From an uncultured Planctomycetaceae bacterium (lineage in GTDB: Bacteria; Planctomycetota; Planctomycetia; Pirellulales; Thermoguttaceae), in assembly GCA_964392255.1 (NCBI GenBank), contig CAYMQL010000002.1, positions 1 through 28,415 of the forward strand: a stretch of 28,415 nucleotides of DNA. The letters are read 5' to 3'. Positions 1-8,949 of this stretch are shown here, in pieces. Position 1 is the stretch's first letter. The number at the start of each line of letters is the position of its first letter. A program made the position numbers and the translations under genes. A model generated the notes under the pieces. It ran no database searches. It was not told the origin of the DNA and saw nothing but the letters and a program-made list of their open reading frames with translations.

Positions 1-396
1 CATTCCCAGGTAGTCTTAATTTCGGTGTTCGTCATCAGCGTCTCATTGATGGTGCTTTGCTGGCAGATTATCACCGGCCCGCCGCGATCGTTTTTCCACC
101 AGTTCGGCGCGTTGTGGTTCTATTTGCAGCCGACGCTGGTTGCGGCGTTCCTGCTGCTGCCGATCGTGATCAGCGACGTGGTTCGTTTTAGCAATCGTTT
201 TGCAGGCCCGCTGCTGCGGCTGCGGCGTTCGATGCGGGCAATGGCCCGCGGCGAGCAGGTCGAGCCGCTTGAGTTCCGCGACGCCGATTTCTGGCAAGAG
301 ATCGCCGACGAGTTCAACGCGGTTCGCGCCCGGGTGCAGACCGAGGCCGATCCCTCGCCCGTCGCGCACGAAGAAGAGCCGGCCGTGGTCGGCTGA
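1..396 (+). CDS. Membrane protein with C-terminal HAMP-like domain, 5'-truncated by the window edge
   Basis: Frame is open from base 1. Two hydrophobic segments are followed by SNRFAGPLLRLRRSMRAMARGEQVEPLEFRDADFWQEIADEFN, a HAMP pattern. Confidence 0.7.
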   Translation, partial: HSQVVLISVFVISVSLMVLCWQIITGPPRSFFHQFGALWFYLQPTLVAAFLLLPIVISDVVRFSNRFAGPLLRLRRSMRAMARGEQVEPLEFRDADFWQEIADEFNAVRARVQTEADPSPVAHEEEPAVVG

Positions 397-472
397 TTCG
401 CATTTTGCGACAGGGTTGATTCTCGGGATATGCACGTCCCGTTTTGTCGCCGCCGGCCATGTACTATGCCTG

Positions 473-775
473 ATGGTACGTTCTGCACGCGACGGCGCCG
501 ATGCTGTATCCGCCGCCATTTCCGTGCTGCCCCTTTTGTCCTTCCAGTCCGTTTTGTCAACGGAAGGGACTCTCGCCCCCGTTTGTCTTCTCCGCGATCG
601 CGCGGCGGCCGGATTAACCCGACGCAAGTTGGCCGAGAGAGCCGGAATCCGCGTTGAAACGCACTGCCGGATTGAGACTGGCAAACACACCCCCAGCATT
701 CCGACCGTGGATAAGCTTGATCGGGCATTGAAGCGATGCGTCAAGCCGAAAACCCGACGGCATAGGGCAGAGTGA
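473..775 (+). pseudogene. XRE-family helix-turn-helix protein, probably 5'-truncated or degenerate
   Basis: The C-terminal half LRDRAAAGLTRRKLAERAGIRVETHCRIETGKHTPSIPTVDKLDRAL fits HTH_XRE. The N-terminal part looks non-homologous and has no clear RBS. Confidence 0.6.
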
Positions 776-810
776 ATCGCCGGCTTCTCTCCCTGAAACA
801 TTCTAGCTGC

Positions 811-3800
811 TTACGGACCCTTGCTTGCGGCTTCTGCCGCCGCCCGACGTAGATTCAACTCCAGCAGCTTGGCCAGCAGTTCCTCGTCGCTCATGCCGGG
901 GTCCCAGCCGTAGGCCGCGAACACCACGGCGTCGAGCTTCTGGTGGGCCAGTTCTAGCCAAGCCGGCCGCTCGTTGTAGAGGTTCGTCAGCGTCCGCTTT
1001 TTGAGACTCTCGGCACAGTCGGGGTCTTTTGGGACCAATCGCGGCCAGCGGACCGTGCCGATGGATTGCATCGGCTGCACCGTGGCCGGGTCGATGTAGC
1101 GGGCCCACGGCCCGTCGACCGAGCCGGGAAACTCGATCACTTCGGTCTTGGTCCACTCGGGCGGATTAAGCCAGCGGTTGCGGAGTTCGTCCAATTCCCG
1201 CGCCGCGGCGGCAATCGCCTCGCGTAGGGCAGGCAATTTGCCTGCCGATTCTGCTGCCGCCCTTTTTCCCGCCTTCTTCCCGCCGCGCTTCGCTGCGACA
1301 GGCAGGATGCCCGTCCTACGATCGTCCCACACACACTCCGGCAGCGGAAACGTCTCGAAACAGCTCGTCGGCGTGTAACGCGGCCGAGTTTCCAGTTGCG
1401 TTCCGAGCCGCAACGCCCAAACTTCGTGGATGCGGGAATGCAAGACGCCAAAGAAGCAGTCGTCGGAACGGGCAAAAGCAATTAGCTGGTGATCCGGCAG
1501 GACCGGTGAGCAGAACCACACAAAGAGCCGATGTTTCGACACGGTTGTCGTAACAACGACACGGCTCAACGGACGAAGTGCTGATCGCATCGCGGGACGC
1601 GGTTCGACATGAATCCACCAGCGTTCCCTGTATGACTGCCGCTTGTTCTTCACTCTTTCTGGACGAACCTCTTGCGTTACGCGATTGAAAGGCGATTCGT
1701 AGCAAGCGGCCTCCTCGATGGGCATATCCACCCCGAAGTCGATTATCCAGAAGTTACGGGGCCGCCGAGTAATATCCATTCCATTGATCCAAGGAAGCAC
1801 CACATCCGAGTTTGGACGCCCGTGCGGGTTGGGGGAATGCAGCATTTCAACTGCAAGCTGTTCGGGAAGGTCAAATGCGCCCCCTTTCGTGTCGGCCATG
1901 AATGATAAAGCACGATTCTGTCGCATCAACTGCGCCGTGGTCGTATCCGCAGTCGCTCGCAGGTTCGCGTTGATCTGCGCAACCGGGTTCCCGTCAAGGA
2001 TGCGGGCGGTCTGTTCGCCGCGGTCGAATCCCAGCATCGAGACGTGTACATTGGCCCCGTCGAGTACCCAGTCGCGGTCGCTTTCGGCGAAAAACACGTC
2101 GCCCGTCTGCTTGATCCGCTCGACCACCTTTCGATTTGCGCCGCCGCGAATCCCCTGAGTGGCCAGAAGACCCGCGCGCGAACATCGAGCGCGTTCAATG
2201 TGTCGCCGAGCGATCTCGAACCAATAGCAGCACAGGTCGGCCTCGCGCGGCACGCGGTCGGCCCAGACGCGGAACATGGCGTCCACGTAGTCGTCGCCCA
2301 AATTGGTCCGCAGCAGTTTTCCGCCCAGAAATGGCGGATTTCCCACGATAAACTCGGCGGCGGGCCACTCGGGCTCCTTCGGATGCTTGGGGTCGGAGAG
2401 GTCGAGAATCGCGTCCTGGCAGCGGATATTTTCGATCGGCTGCAACACCGGGTCGTCGGGCGTTTTGAACCCGTTGTGGTGCATCCACTGCAAATAGCCG
2501 ATCCACAAAACCACCTGGGCCAACTGCTGGGCGTAGGGGTTGATCTCGAGCCCGGAGAGTTGCGTGGGATCGACGTGGGGCACCAGCGACAGCCCGCGCG
2601 CGGCCGCGTAGCCGATCACCTCTTTCTCCAAATCCAACAGCAATTTGACGGCCACGTAGAGGAAATTGCCCGAGCCGCAGGCCGGATCGAGTACGGTGAC
2701 GTGGTGCAGCCGCTCGGCGAAGTCGAGGATGGCGCGGTCGAAGGTTTTGCGGGCCTTCGAGTCGCGGGCGGCGCTGCCGCGGCGCCCGGCCTGGACCTTG
2801 GGCCAAAGCCGCTCTTCGCAGCGCTGTTTGACTTGTTGCCACTCGCGCCGCAGCGGGGCCATCAGCACCGGCTCCAACAGCGTAAGGATGTCGGCCTCGC
2901 TGGTGTAGTGGGCACCGATCTGCGAGCGCTTCGCGGGATCGAGGGTCCGCTCGAAGAGCGTGCCGAAGATCGAGGGCTCGACGTTCGCCCAGTCGTAGCC
3001 GTTGATCGCGGCGAGGATGTTGATTTCCTGGGCGTTTAGCGGGATGGCCTCGTTGTCGGCGAACAGCCCGCCGTTGAATCGCAAAATGGTTTCGGCCCCG
3101 TAGTCGCCGCCGACGGCCATGGCGCTGAAGAGCGATTGCAGCCGCCGGGTGAGCATGGCCGGATTGGCCTTGGCGGTTTCCAGCAGCTTGCCGAACAGCT
3201 TTGGCGGCAGCAAGCCAATGTCCTCGCCGAACATGCAAAACATCAGCTTCATCAGGAAGTGGGCCGCCCGCTGAGGCGAGACGTCCTTGTGCATCCGCAG
3301 CCGCTCGGCCAGGTCGCCGAATCGCTCGGCGGCCTCCTTGGTGATGGCCTCGGCATGGAGGTCGGGCCGCAGGGCGTCGGGCTCGGCGAACAGCTTGCGC
3401 AGGATGTCGAGATTGGCCGGCTGGGCCAGCCCGTCGAGATCGAAAGCATAAACCCGCTTCGTCGTGTTGGTGAAGTTCGTGTGAATCTCGAAGCGGTTGA
3501 GGTCGCAAACGACTAGCAGCGGCGGGTTCTCGAGGTCCTCGCGGTAGTCGAGCAATTGCTGGTAGGCAGAGGCAAGGTTTTTGTGAGGCCCCTTGTACTC
3601 CCAACCGAAATGGCCGCGCATCCAGACGTCGGCCCAGCCTTGGCCGCCGGCGGTTTTGCGGACTCCGCGTTCGAAGGCATACCAAGCGCCGTCGGGATCG
3701 GCGGCGGCGGGTTTGGGCTGACCGAGCAGTTCGCAGAGGTCGAGAAAGTGCTGCTGGCAGGCGCTGCGTTCCGAGAGATTTGCCCGCTGCCACTTAGCGA

Positions 3801-3819
3801 TGAATTGCTGAGGAGTCAT
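811..3819 (-). CDS. MmeI-like type IIL restriction-modification enzyme (fused nuclease, N6-adenine methyltransferase and target recognition domain), 1002 aa
   Basis: Start re-placed at ATG 3819 (MTPQQFIAKW). Contains a PD-(D/E)xK-like ADVW...WEYK motif, SAM-binding VLDPACGSGNFL, catalytic GNPPF and a C-terminal RTLTNLYNERPAWL. Confidence 0.9.
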   Translation of the reverse strand: MTPQQFIAKWQRANLSERSACQQHFLDLCELLGQPKPAAADPDGAWYAFERGVRKTAGGQGWADVWMRGHFGWEYKGPHKNLASAYQQLLDYREDLENPPLLVVCDLNRFEIHTNFTNTTKRVYAFDLDGLAQPANLDILRKLFAEPDALRPDLHAEAITKEAAERFGDLAERLRMHKDVSPQRAAHFLMKLMFCMFGEDIGLLPPKLFGKLLETAKANPAMLTRRLQSLFSAMAVGGDYGAETILRFNGGLFADNEAIPLNAQEINILAAINGYDWANVEPSIFGTLFERTLDPAKRSQIGAHYTSEADILTLLEPVLMAPLRREWQQVKQRCEERLWPKVQAGRRGSAARDSKARKTFDRAILDFAERLHHVTVLDPACGSGNFLYVAVKLLLDLEKEVIGYAAARGLSLVPHVDPTQLSGLEINPYAQQLAQVVLWIGYLQWMHHNGFKTPDDPVLQPIENIRCQDAILDLSDPKHPKEPEWPAAEFIVGNPPFLGGKLLRTNLGDDYVDAMFRVWADRVPREADLCCYWFEIARRHIERARCSRAGLLATQGIRGGANRKVVERIKQTGDVFFAESDRDWVLDGANVHVSMLGFDRGEQTARILDGNPVAQINANLRATADTTTAQLMRQNRALSFMADTKGGAFDLPEQLAVEMLHSPNPHGRPNSDVVLPWINGMDITRRPRNFWIIDFGVDMPIEEAACYESPFNRVTQEVRPERVKNKRQSYRERWWIHVEPRPAMRSALRPLSRVVVTTTVSKHRLFVWFCSPVLPDHQLIAFARSDDCFFGVLHSRIHEVWALRLGTQLETRPRYTPTSCFETFPLPECVWDDRRTGILPVAAKRGGKKAGKRAAAESAGKLPALREAIAAAARELDELRNRWLNPPEWTKTEVIEFPGSVDGPWARYIDPATVQPMQSIGTVRWPRLVPKDPDCAESLKKRTLTNLYNERPAWLELAHQKLDAVVFAAYGWDPGMSDEELLAKLLELNLRRAAAEAASKGP
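1223..1320. repeat. GTAG-type REP doublet (inverted pair) lying in frame inside the R-M gene
   Basis: 1223-1247 CGTAGGGCAGGCAATTTGCCTGCCG and the reverse complement of 1296-1320 (CGTAGGACGGGCATCCTGCCTGTCG) match at 19 of 25 positions. Each arm has an 8-bp hairpin after GTAG. Confidence 0.75.
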
Positions 3820-4136
3820 AGTAATCCGAGGAATCCGCAGGACTTGCGTCAAGCAGCCAAAATGAGAGTTGCCCCCAGAATACGCGTTGCTTCGACCGTC
3901 AGCGGCTTGTGGTAAGCCATGGAAACGCCCTGCGAACGTGCAGAGGCGTGGACGCAGGAAAAATATACCCCGCGTATCCGCCGCACACAAGCGCCGCGCA
4001 CGGTAAATGGGACAGTCCCCCGGATTCGGCCAATTGCTTGACTTGTCGCCGGCTCACGGGTAGGCTGTAAGGAGCGTTTGCGACGCTTTTTATCAACCTC
4101 TTATACTGGGCTGCTAGACTGCAAAGGGCCAACAAA

Positions 4137-5942
4137 ATGCGTCTCCGGCCATTCTCGTGCGGCGCTAACGGACTCATAACTCTCGCAATCCTTGCGGCTC
4201 TCATCTTCGCGGATTGCCGCGATGTTCGGGGCGCGGCGATTATCATTGATCACACGCGGACGAACATCACCGCGATTTCCGAAGAGGCCATCCTCGACGC
4301 GAAACAGAAATTGCACATCGCCTACGCACATACCTCGCACGGCAGCCAAGTGACGTACGGAATGACCGGGCTGGTGGCTTTCGCCAACGGCCACGGCAAA
4401 GGATTGGACTTGCCCACGAACATCTTCGCCTGGAACAACGGCGGCACGGGCGGCGCACTCGACCTGCACGATTATTTCGTCGAGGGCGACCTGGGCAACC
4501 CGGACCGCGTCACCTGGGCAAGCCGCACGCGCACGTATCTCGATAACCCGGCCAACAGCGACGTCAACGTCGTCATGTGGTCGTGGTGCGGGCAAGTGGG
4601 CGGAACAGAGGCCGAGATCAATACCTACCTGAACTTGATGAACCAACTGGAAATCGATTATCCCCAAGTCAAGTTTGTCTATATGACCGGGCACTTGAAC
4701 GGCAAGGGCTTGACCAGCAGCGTGCATCTTCGGAACGAACAGATTCGCAACTACTGCCGCGCGAACGACAAAATCCTTTACGACTTCGCCGATATCGAAA
4801 CCTACAATCCCGACGGCGTTTATTTTGGCAACAAGTATCCCGACGACGATTGCTCGTACGATCCCGACGGGGCGCTGCCTCGCAATGGCTCGGGCAATTG
4901 GGCCATCGAATGGCAAAACAGCCATACGCTGAACGTCGATTGGTACGACTATGAGGCCGCCCACTCGCAACCGCTCAACGGCAATCAGAAGGCCTACGCG
5001 GCGTGGGCCCTTTGGACCAGCATCGCCGCCTCGCTCGACCCGAACGTCACTTGGACGGGCGGCGGCGGTTCTGATTGGAGTACGGTCGCCGGATCGGGCA
5101 ACTGGAAGAGAACCAGCGACGGCATCTCAGCCAACTACAGCAACGGCGCCGAGGTGGTCTTCGACGATAGCGCCACGGGTTCATTGACCGCCAACATCAG
5201 CGCGGCAAACGTGTCGCCGGCCAGCGTCGTTTTCAACAACTCCAGCAAAGATTTTCACGTCGCGGGTTCCAAAGGCATCGTCGGCGACGCAACCGTCCTC
5301 AAACAGGGCACGGCCAAGACGACCCTCAGCAGCGTGAATAGCTATTCCGGCCGCACGACGGTCGAAGGCGGCACGCTGCAACTCAACGGCGCAGGGGCCC
5401 ACAACCCGGTTCTCAATCTCGGCGGCGCGGATATCAAGGCGGGCAAAATGGTTTTCGACTACGCCGGCGGCAGCGATCCGAGAACAACAATACGCAGCTT
5501 GCTGACCGCCAGCTATCACAGCGGCAGCGCAACGCACTTCGACACCGGCAAGTTCCAAAGCTCGACGGCCGACGCCGATTATGGTTTAGGCTGGACGACG
5601 ACAATCAATTATCAAGTGATCGTTGCCCGCACGCTCTACGGCGACGCCACGCTGGACGGGGACGTCGGGGTTTCCGATCTGGCGGCCTTGGGGCAAAACT
5701 GGAACGGCGCGGAGAAGAACTGGGCTCAGGGCGATTTCAATTACGACGGCAAGGTCGACATTTCGGACCTGTCCCTGCTTGGTCAGCATTGGAATCAGAG
5801 CGCGGCCGGTTTTGCCGGCACAGCGACCGTGCCGGAGCCTGGAAGCATGATGCTGCTGGCAGCGGGCGGGGCAACGCTTCTGGGCCTCGCCCGGCGACGG
5901 AGCCGCAGGGGACGGCCTGCGGCCGCCAAGTGGATAGGGTGA
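4137..5942 (+). CDS. Secreted PEP-CTERM protein: SGNH-like N-terminal domain, autotransporter-associated beta-strand repeat, dockerin-like pair, PEP-CTERM anchor
   Basis: N-terminal signal-like hydrophobic stretch; VLKQGTAKTTLSSVNSYSGRTTVEGGTLQL; GDATLDGDVGVSDL...GDFNYDGKVDISDL; VPEPGSMMLLAAGGATLLGLARRRSRR. Confidence 0.85.
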   Translation: MRLRPFSCGANGLITLAILAALIFADCRDVRGAAIIIDHTRTNITAISEEAILDAKQKLHIAYAHTSHGSQVTYGMTGLVAFANGHGKGLDLPTNIFAWNNGGTGGALDLHDYFVEGDLGNPDRVTWASRTRTYLDNPANSDVNVVMWSWCGQVGGTEAEINTYLNLMNQLEIDYPQVKFVYMTGHLNGKGLTSSVHLRNEQIRNYCRANDKILYDFADIETYNPDGVYFGNKYPDDDCSYDPDGALPRNGSGNWAIEWQNSHTLNVDWYDYEAAHSQPLNGNQKAYAAWALWTSIAASLDPNVTWTGGGGSDWSTVAGSGNWKRTSDGISANYSNGAEVVFDDSATGSLTANISAANVSPASVVFNNSSKDFHVAGSKGIVGDATVLKQGTAKTTLSSVNSYSGRTTVEGGTLQLNGAGAHNPVLNLGGADIKAGKMVFDYAGGSDPRTTIRSLLTASYHSGSATHFDTGKFQSSTADADYGLGWTTTINYQVIVARTLYGDATLDGDVGVSDLAALGQNWNGAEKNWAQGDFNYDGKVDISDLSLLGQHWNQSAAGFAGTATVPEPGSMMLLAAGGATLLGLARRRSRRGRPAAAKWIG

Positions 5943-6480
5943 GAGTCGTCAGACGCAATCTGCAAGTATTTTTATTTCAAGGACATGCGTCATTTGTTCT
6001 TTTGTAAATCCCCCACAAAAATCCTCCCAAACGATTGCGTACTCTGTCAGCCAAGACGCTCCCACTCCTGAACGTTATTCGGTGAATTATCCGACTTCAC
6101 CCCAATCTGCAATAGTGGGTCTCGCCGCCACAGCACGAGTTTCGCCCCATCTTCCGTTCGGACCCAAGCCCCGCCCTGGGCCTCTATGTCCGATTAGGAG
6201 ATTCTTGTGTTCCCTCCCGACACCAATTTTGAAAACGGAGTAACGGACTGGGATTGATTCGCCTGTCATAATGTTGCCCCGCCGGCGATTTGCGGTTCAG
6301 AAAACCATGGCTCGATCAAACGTCTCGGAAAACGGACGAAAACAGCCGTTTTTTCACTTTTGCTCGTCTTTTTTCGTCTCGATCGAACTATTGATTCCCG
6401 GCCCCCTCAGGCGTTTTTGACGCCGACCACTCTACCACGCTTTGTCGTAACTCGTTATCATCAAGCACGTAAGGAATAGA

Positions 6481-6556
<76 letters not shown>

Positions 6557-6631
6557 CTGTGTCATCGGAACACCTTTGATATCAAGCCGGTACGCTTGAG
6601 GCTTATCTGTTTTCGCCGTGGATCAACCGAA

Positions 6632-6865
6632 CTAAAGCCTCGGGCGACGATACCGGCGAGGCAGTTCATTCATTTTTGAGCACCGGGCAAGAAACATCCC
6701 CGAATCCACCGGCTTCACACGCCACTGCGACCGTCCACCCCGTTTGGTTGCCAAGTTCGCTGCGGGGAGTTCACCGTCGTTGATCCAAAGGCGAATCTTG
6801 TCGGGATGGATGCCCTATCGCTCGGCAAGCTCGAGTGGTGACAACGATACACGTTCATCGTACAT
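6632..6865 (-). pseudogene. Excisionase/HTH_17 (MerR-like winged helix) gene interrupted by an in-frame TAG
   Basis: AGGAG RBS precedes ATG 6865. Translation is MYDERVSLSPLELAER*GIHPDKIRLWINDGELPAANLATKRGGRSQWRVKPVD..., with the stop at codon 17 (6815-6817). Confidence 0.75.
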
Positions 6866-7278
6866 AGCCAAGACTCCTAAAGAAAAAGGGGACGCCGTCA
6901 AGGCTGCTCCCTCCACCCCCGCCAAGGGGCACAAGCAAACCGCGCAAGGCCGGCGTTCCCTTTTGAGGGAACGGGCTTCGCTGCTTTGCTTTGCTCAAGG
7001 GCTATTTGCCCAAGTTGGCGGTTTGGAGGGAAGCAGGTTGACGCCAAAAGGCGTCACGTCAAACTACGGGATTGATTCTATCTCAGTGCGGTACCATTGG
7101 AAATGCTCCGTCCAAACTGGCCAAAGACCTGCATTGTCACATATTCCCTAGCTCGGTATTATCTCGTTCGTGTCGTATCGGTTGAGCGGTTTGTGCAGAC
7201 GTGACCTGATCAATCACACCACCCACGAGGGTTGTTTCGTGCCTTTGCCGAGACACGTGTTAGGATTATCTAGGGTGA

Positions 7279-7308
7279 TTGTAGGCAAGTCGCCGAGTGT
7301 GGTAGTAT
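7279..7308 (+). promoter_or_regulatory. Putative sigma70 promoter of the islet operon
   Basis: TTGTAG-N18-TAGTAT with an extended -10 TG, about 28 nt upstream of ATG 7337. Confidence 0.3.
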
Positions 7309-7336
7309 GAGGTGCTCTGGTTGTGGAGGAATTTCT

Positions 7337-8095
7337 ATGAGCGACAGTACCAAGAAGAATGAAATACCATCCGTTGGGATTCCTTTGCCACAATTCCAGG
7401 CCGCCGTTGACGCATTGGTCGCTTTGCGTGATTCCGGTAAGTTTCTTATCTTTCTCGGGCGTCGTTCGCGGGCAAGATTGATCGGTGATCTCAATGATTT
7501 TCAGGCGACGATGGCCGAGGTTGCGAAAGAGGCAGTCTCGCTGGAAGATGCCACCCGCATCCTTGACGAAATCAGAAGGTATTGCAGCGCATGTATGGAC
7601 ATGCAAGACGTCAAGGCGCTGAAACAGTTCCTCATGCGTGCAGTTTACGAAGACGACTTCACGAAGCACAAACGTCATAACGCAGAGCTTGAGAGACAAT
7701 TGGAAGCCAAGATCAAGCTTGTGTCGGGGAAGCTTGTTACGGACGCAATGAAGCAACGCTCAAAACGGATGCAGAGCGCTACCGTTGCTTGTTTAGAGGA
7801 CGTTGACGTCGAGATCGTGCAACATCGCCGTGAGAATTTCTCTTCTGCTAGCCGGAGTAGTGAGGAGGCATTTTTACGATTGAGGGTTCGGCATTCGGAT
7901 GGGGTGGACTTATCTGGCTCGATCTTCTTCCCATTTCACATGTGGGGTCCGTGGGAAGGCACAAACTCAAACGCATCTAGCTTCGAGATTGAATGCGATG
8001 AGTCGGACATTGACCTACTTGTGGTTCGTCTATTGGAAGCAAAAAACGCCCTTCTCAAAGCACGTGAGTCTTCGAGCGGCGAGAGTGTCACATGA
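7337..8095 (+). CDS. Hypothetical protein, 252 aa; helical N-terminus, C-terminus with a COMM-domain-like beta-beta-beta-alpha pattern
   Basis: GGAGGA RBS 6 nt before ATG 7337. The stop overlaps the next start (ATGA). The fold call is pattern inference only. Confidence 0.8.
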   Translation: MSDSTKKNEIPSVGIPLPQFQAAVDALVALRDSGKFLIFLGRRSRARLIGDLNDFQATMAEVAKEAVSLEDATRILDEIRRYCSACMDMQDVKALKQFLMRAVYEDDFTKHKRHNAELERQLEAKIKLVSGKLVTDAMKQRSKRMQSATVACLEDVDVEIVQHRRENFSSASRSSEEAFLRLRVRHSDGVDLSGSIFFPFHMWGPWEGTNSNASSFEIECDESDIDLLVVRLLEAKNALLKARESSSGESVT

Positions 8096-8949
8096 GCGAT
8101 AAAGCAAAGCACTTAATGACTACTCGTCACACAAATCTGTCTATTGAAGAGCCGACACAACAGGACGTTGCTTCGGCATCTTCTAGCGTGACAGAAATAC
8201 TGGAGCTTTTCAAGGAATTTCGGAACATGCCTTCGATGTCCCACGACAGCATTTCTAAGATTTGGCTTGAACAAGCTCTGGGTTCAGTACTCCGTGATCG
8301 AGAAAGAGAAGGATTTGTCCCTTCACACTGGGAAATCGAATCGGTTATTAAGAAGTGGTTGGCTATACGTTTAGAGAGCCACCCTTCTTTGGATGCCTTC
8401 ATTGTAACAAAGCAGACTCCTACAGAAGATGCCGAGAGTACACGATCCGAAAATGAACGCCTGCGGATTCAAGTAGATCGGTTGCGGTCTCAGGTAGAGA
8501 TGTTGAAGTCCCTTGTAGCCCAAGAACGTCGGGGCGCCGCTAAAGCAGTACGAATGCACGATCAGTTGTTGGCCCATCACGACGCGGCTGAGAAGAGCCT
8601 ACTCGATACCTTAGCGCAGCGAGATGGAGCGATTAGTACGATCCAGGCAGCCCTAATCGGCAAAGCTGAGGGGCGACTGTGTATGACGGAACACTATCAC
8701 GGTGAGGTAGTGGATGTTTCGGACAATCGAATCACAGCCGTCTTCCATATCGGCGATGAGTTGATAGAGCAGACATACGAGTCCAAGCAGTTCCTTGACG
8801 GCCAACTGCCCAATAAAGGCGATGAGTTGGAGGCGTGTGTCTACATCGCCAAATCTCTTCCAAGACAGCACGAAGCGGGTTCTTCTCATGGCACCGGCGA
8901 ATCACGAACACCACGGAGGAACGTCATCCCACTCCCGCGCACATTCTGA
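8092..8949 (+). CDS. Hypothetical protein, 285 aa; central coiled coil, C-terminal beta-rich (OB-like) domain
   Basis: ATGA coupling to the upstream gene; heptad-like ENERLRIQVDRLRSQVEMLKSLVAQE; beta-rich HYHGEVVDVSDNRITAVFHIGDELIEQTY...KGDELEACVYIA. Confidence 0.8.
   Translation: MSDKAKHLMTTRHTNLSIEEPTQQDVASASSSVTEILELFKEFRNMPSMSHDSISKIWLEQALGSVLRDREREGFVPSHWEIESVIKKWLAIRLESHPSLDAFIVTKQTPTEDAESTRSENERLRIQVDRLRSQVEMLKSLVAQERRGAAKAVRMHDQLLAHHDAAEKSLLDTLAQRDGAISTIQAALIGKAEGRLCMTEHYHGEVVDVSDNRITAVFHIGDELIEQTYESKQFLDGQLPNKGDELEACVYIAKSLPRQHEAGSSHGTGESRTPRRNVIPLPRTF

Noticed and set aside
2044-3793. Long ORFs overlapping the first R-M gene (2044-3039 +, 2195-3793 -) and similar shadow ORFs over other genes (e.g. 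10122-10994, 14541-15566, 16941-18041, 19701-20666)
   Set aside because: These are antisense or alternate-frame shadows expected in high-GC coding DNA. They are Arg/Ala/Pro-rich with no motifs.
3820-3990. 57-codon N-terminal extension of the R-M ORF in the supplied track
   Set aside because: Family-like sequence begins at MTPQQF (3819). The extension looks like intergenic sequence.
5943-6300. AT-richer intergenic stretch with a 60-aa minus-strand ORF (6087-6269) and a possible IS end near 5943
   Set aside because: No recognisable motif, partner inverted repeat or RNA fold that I can support.
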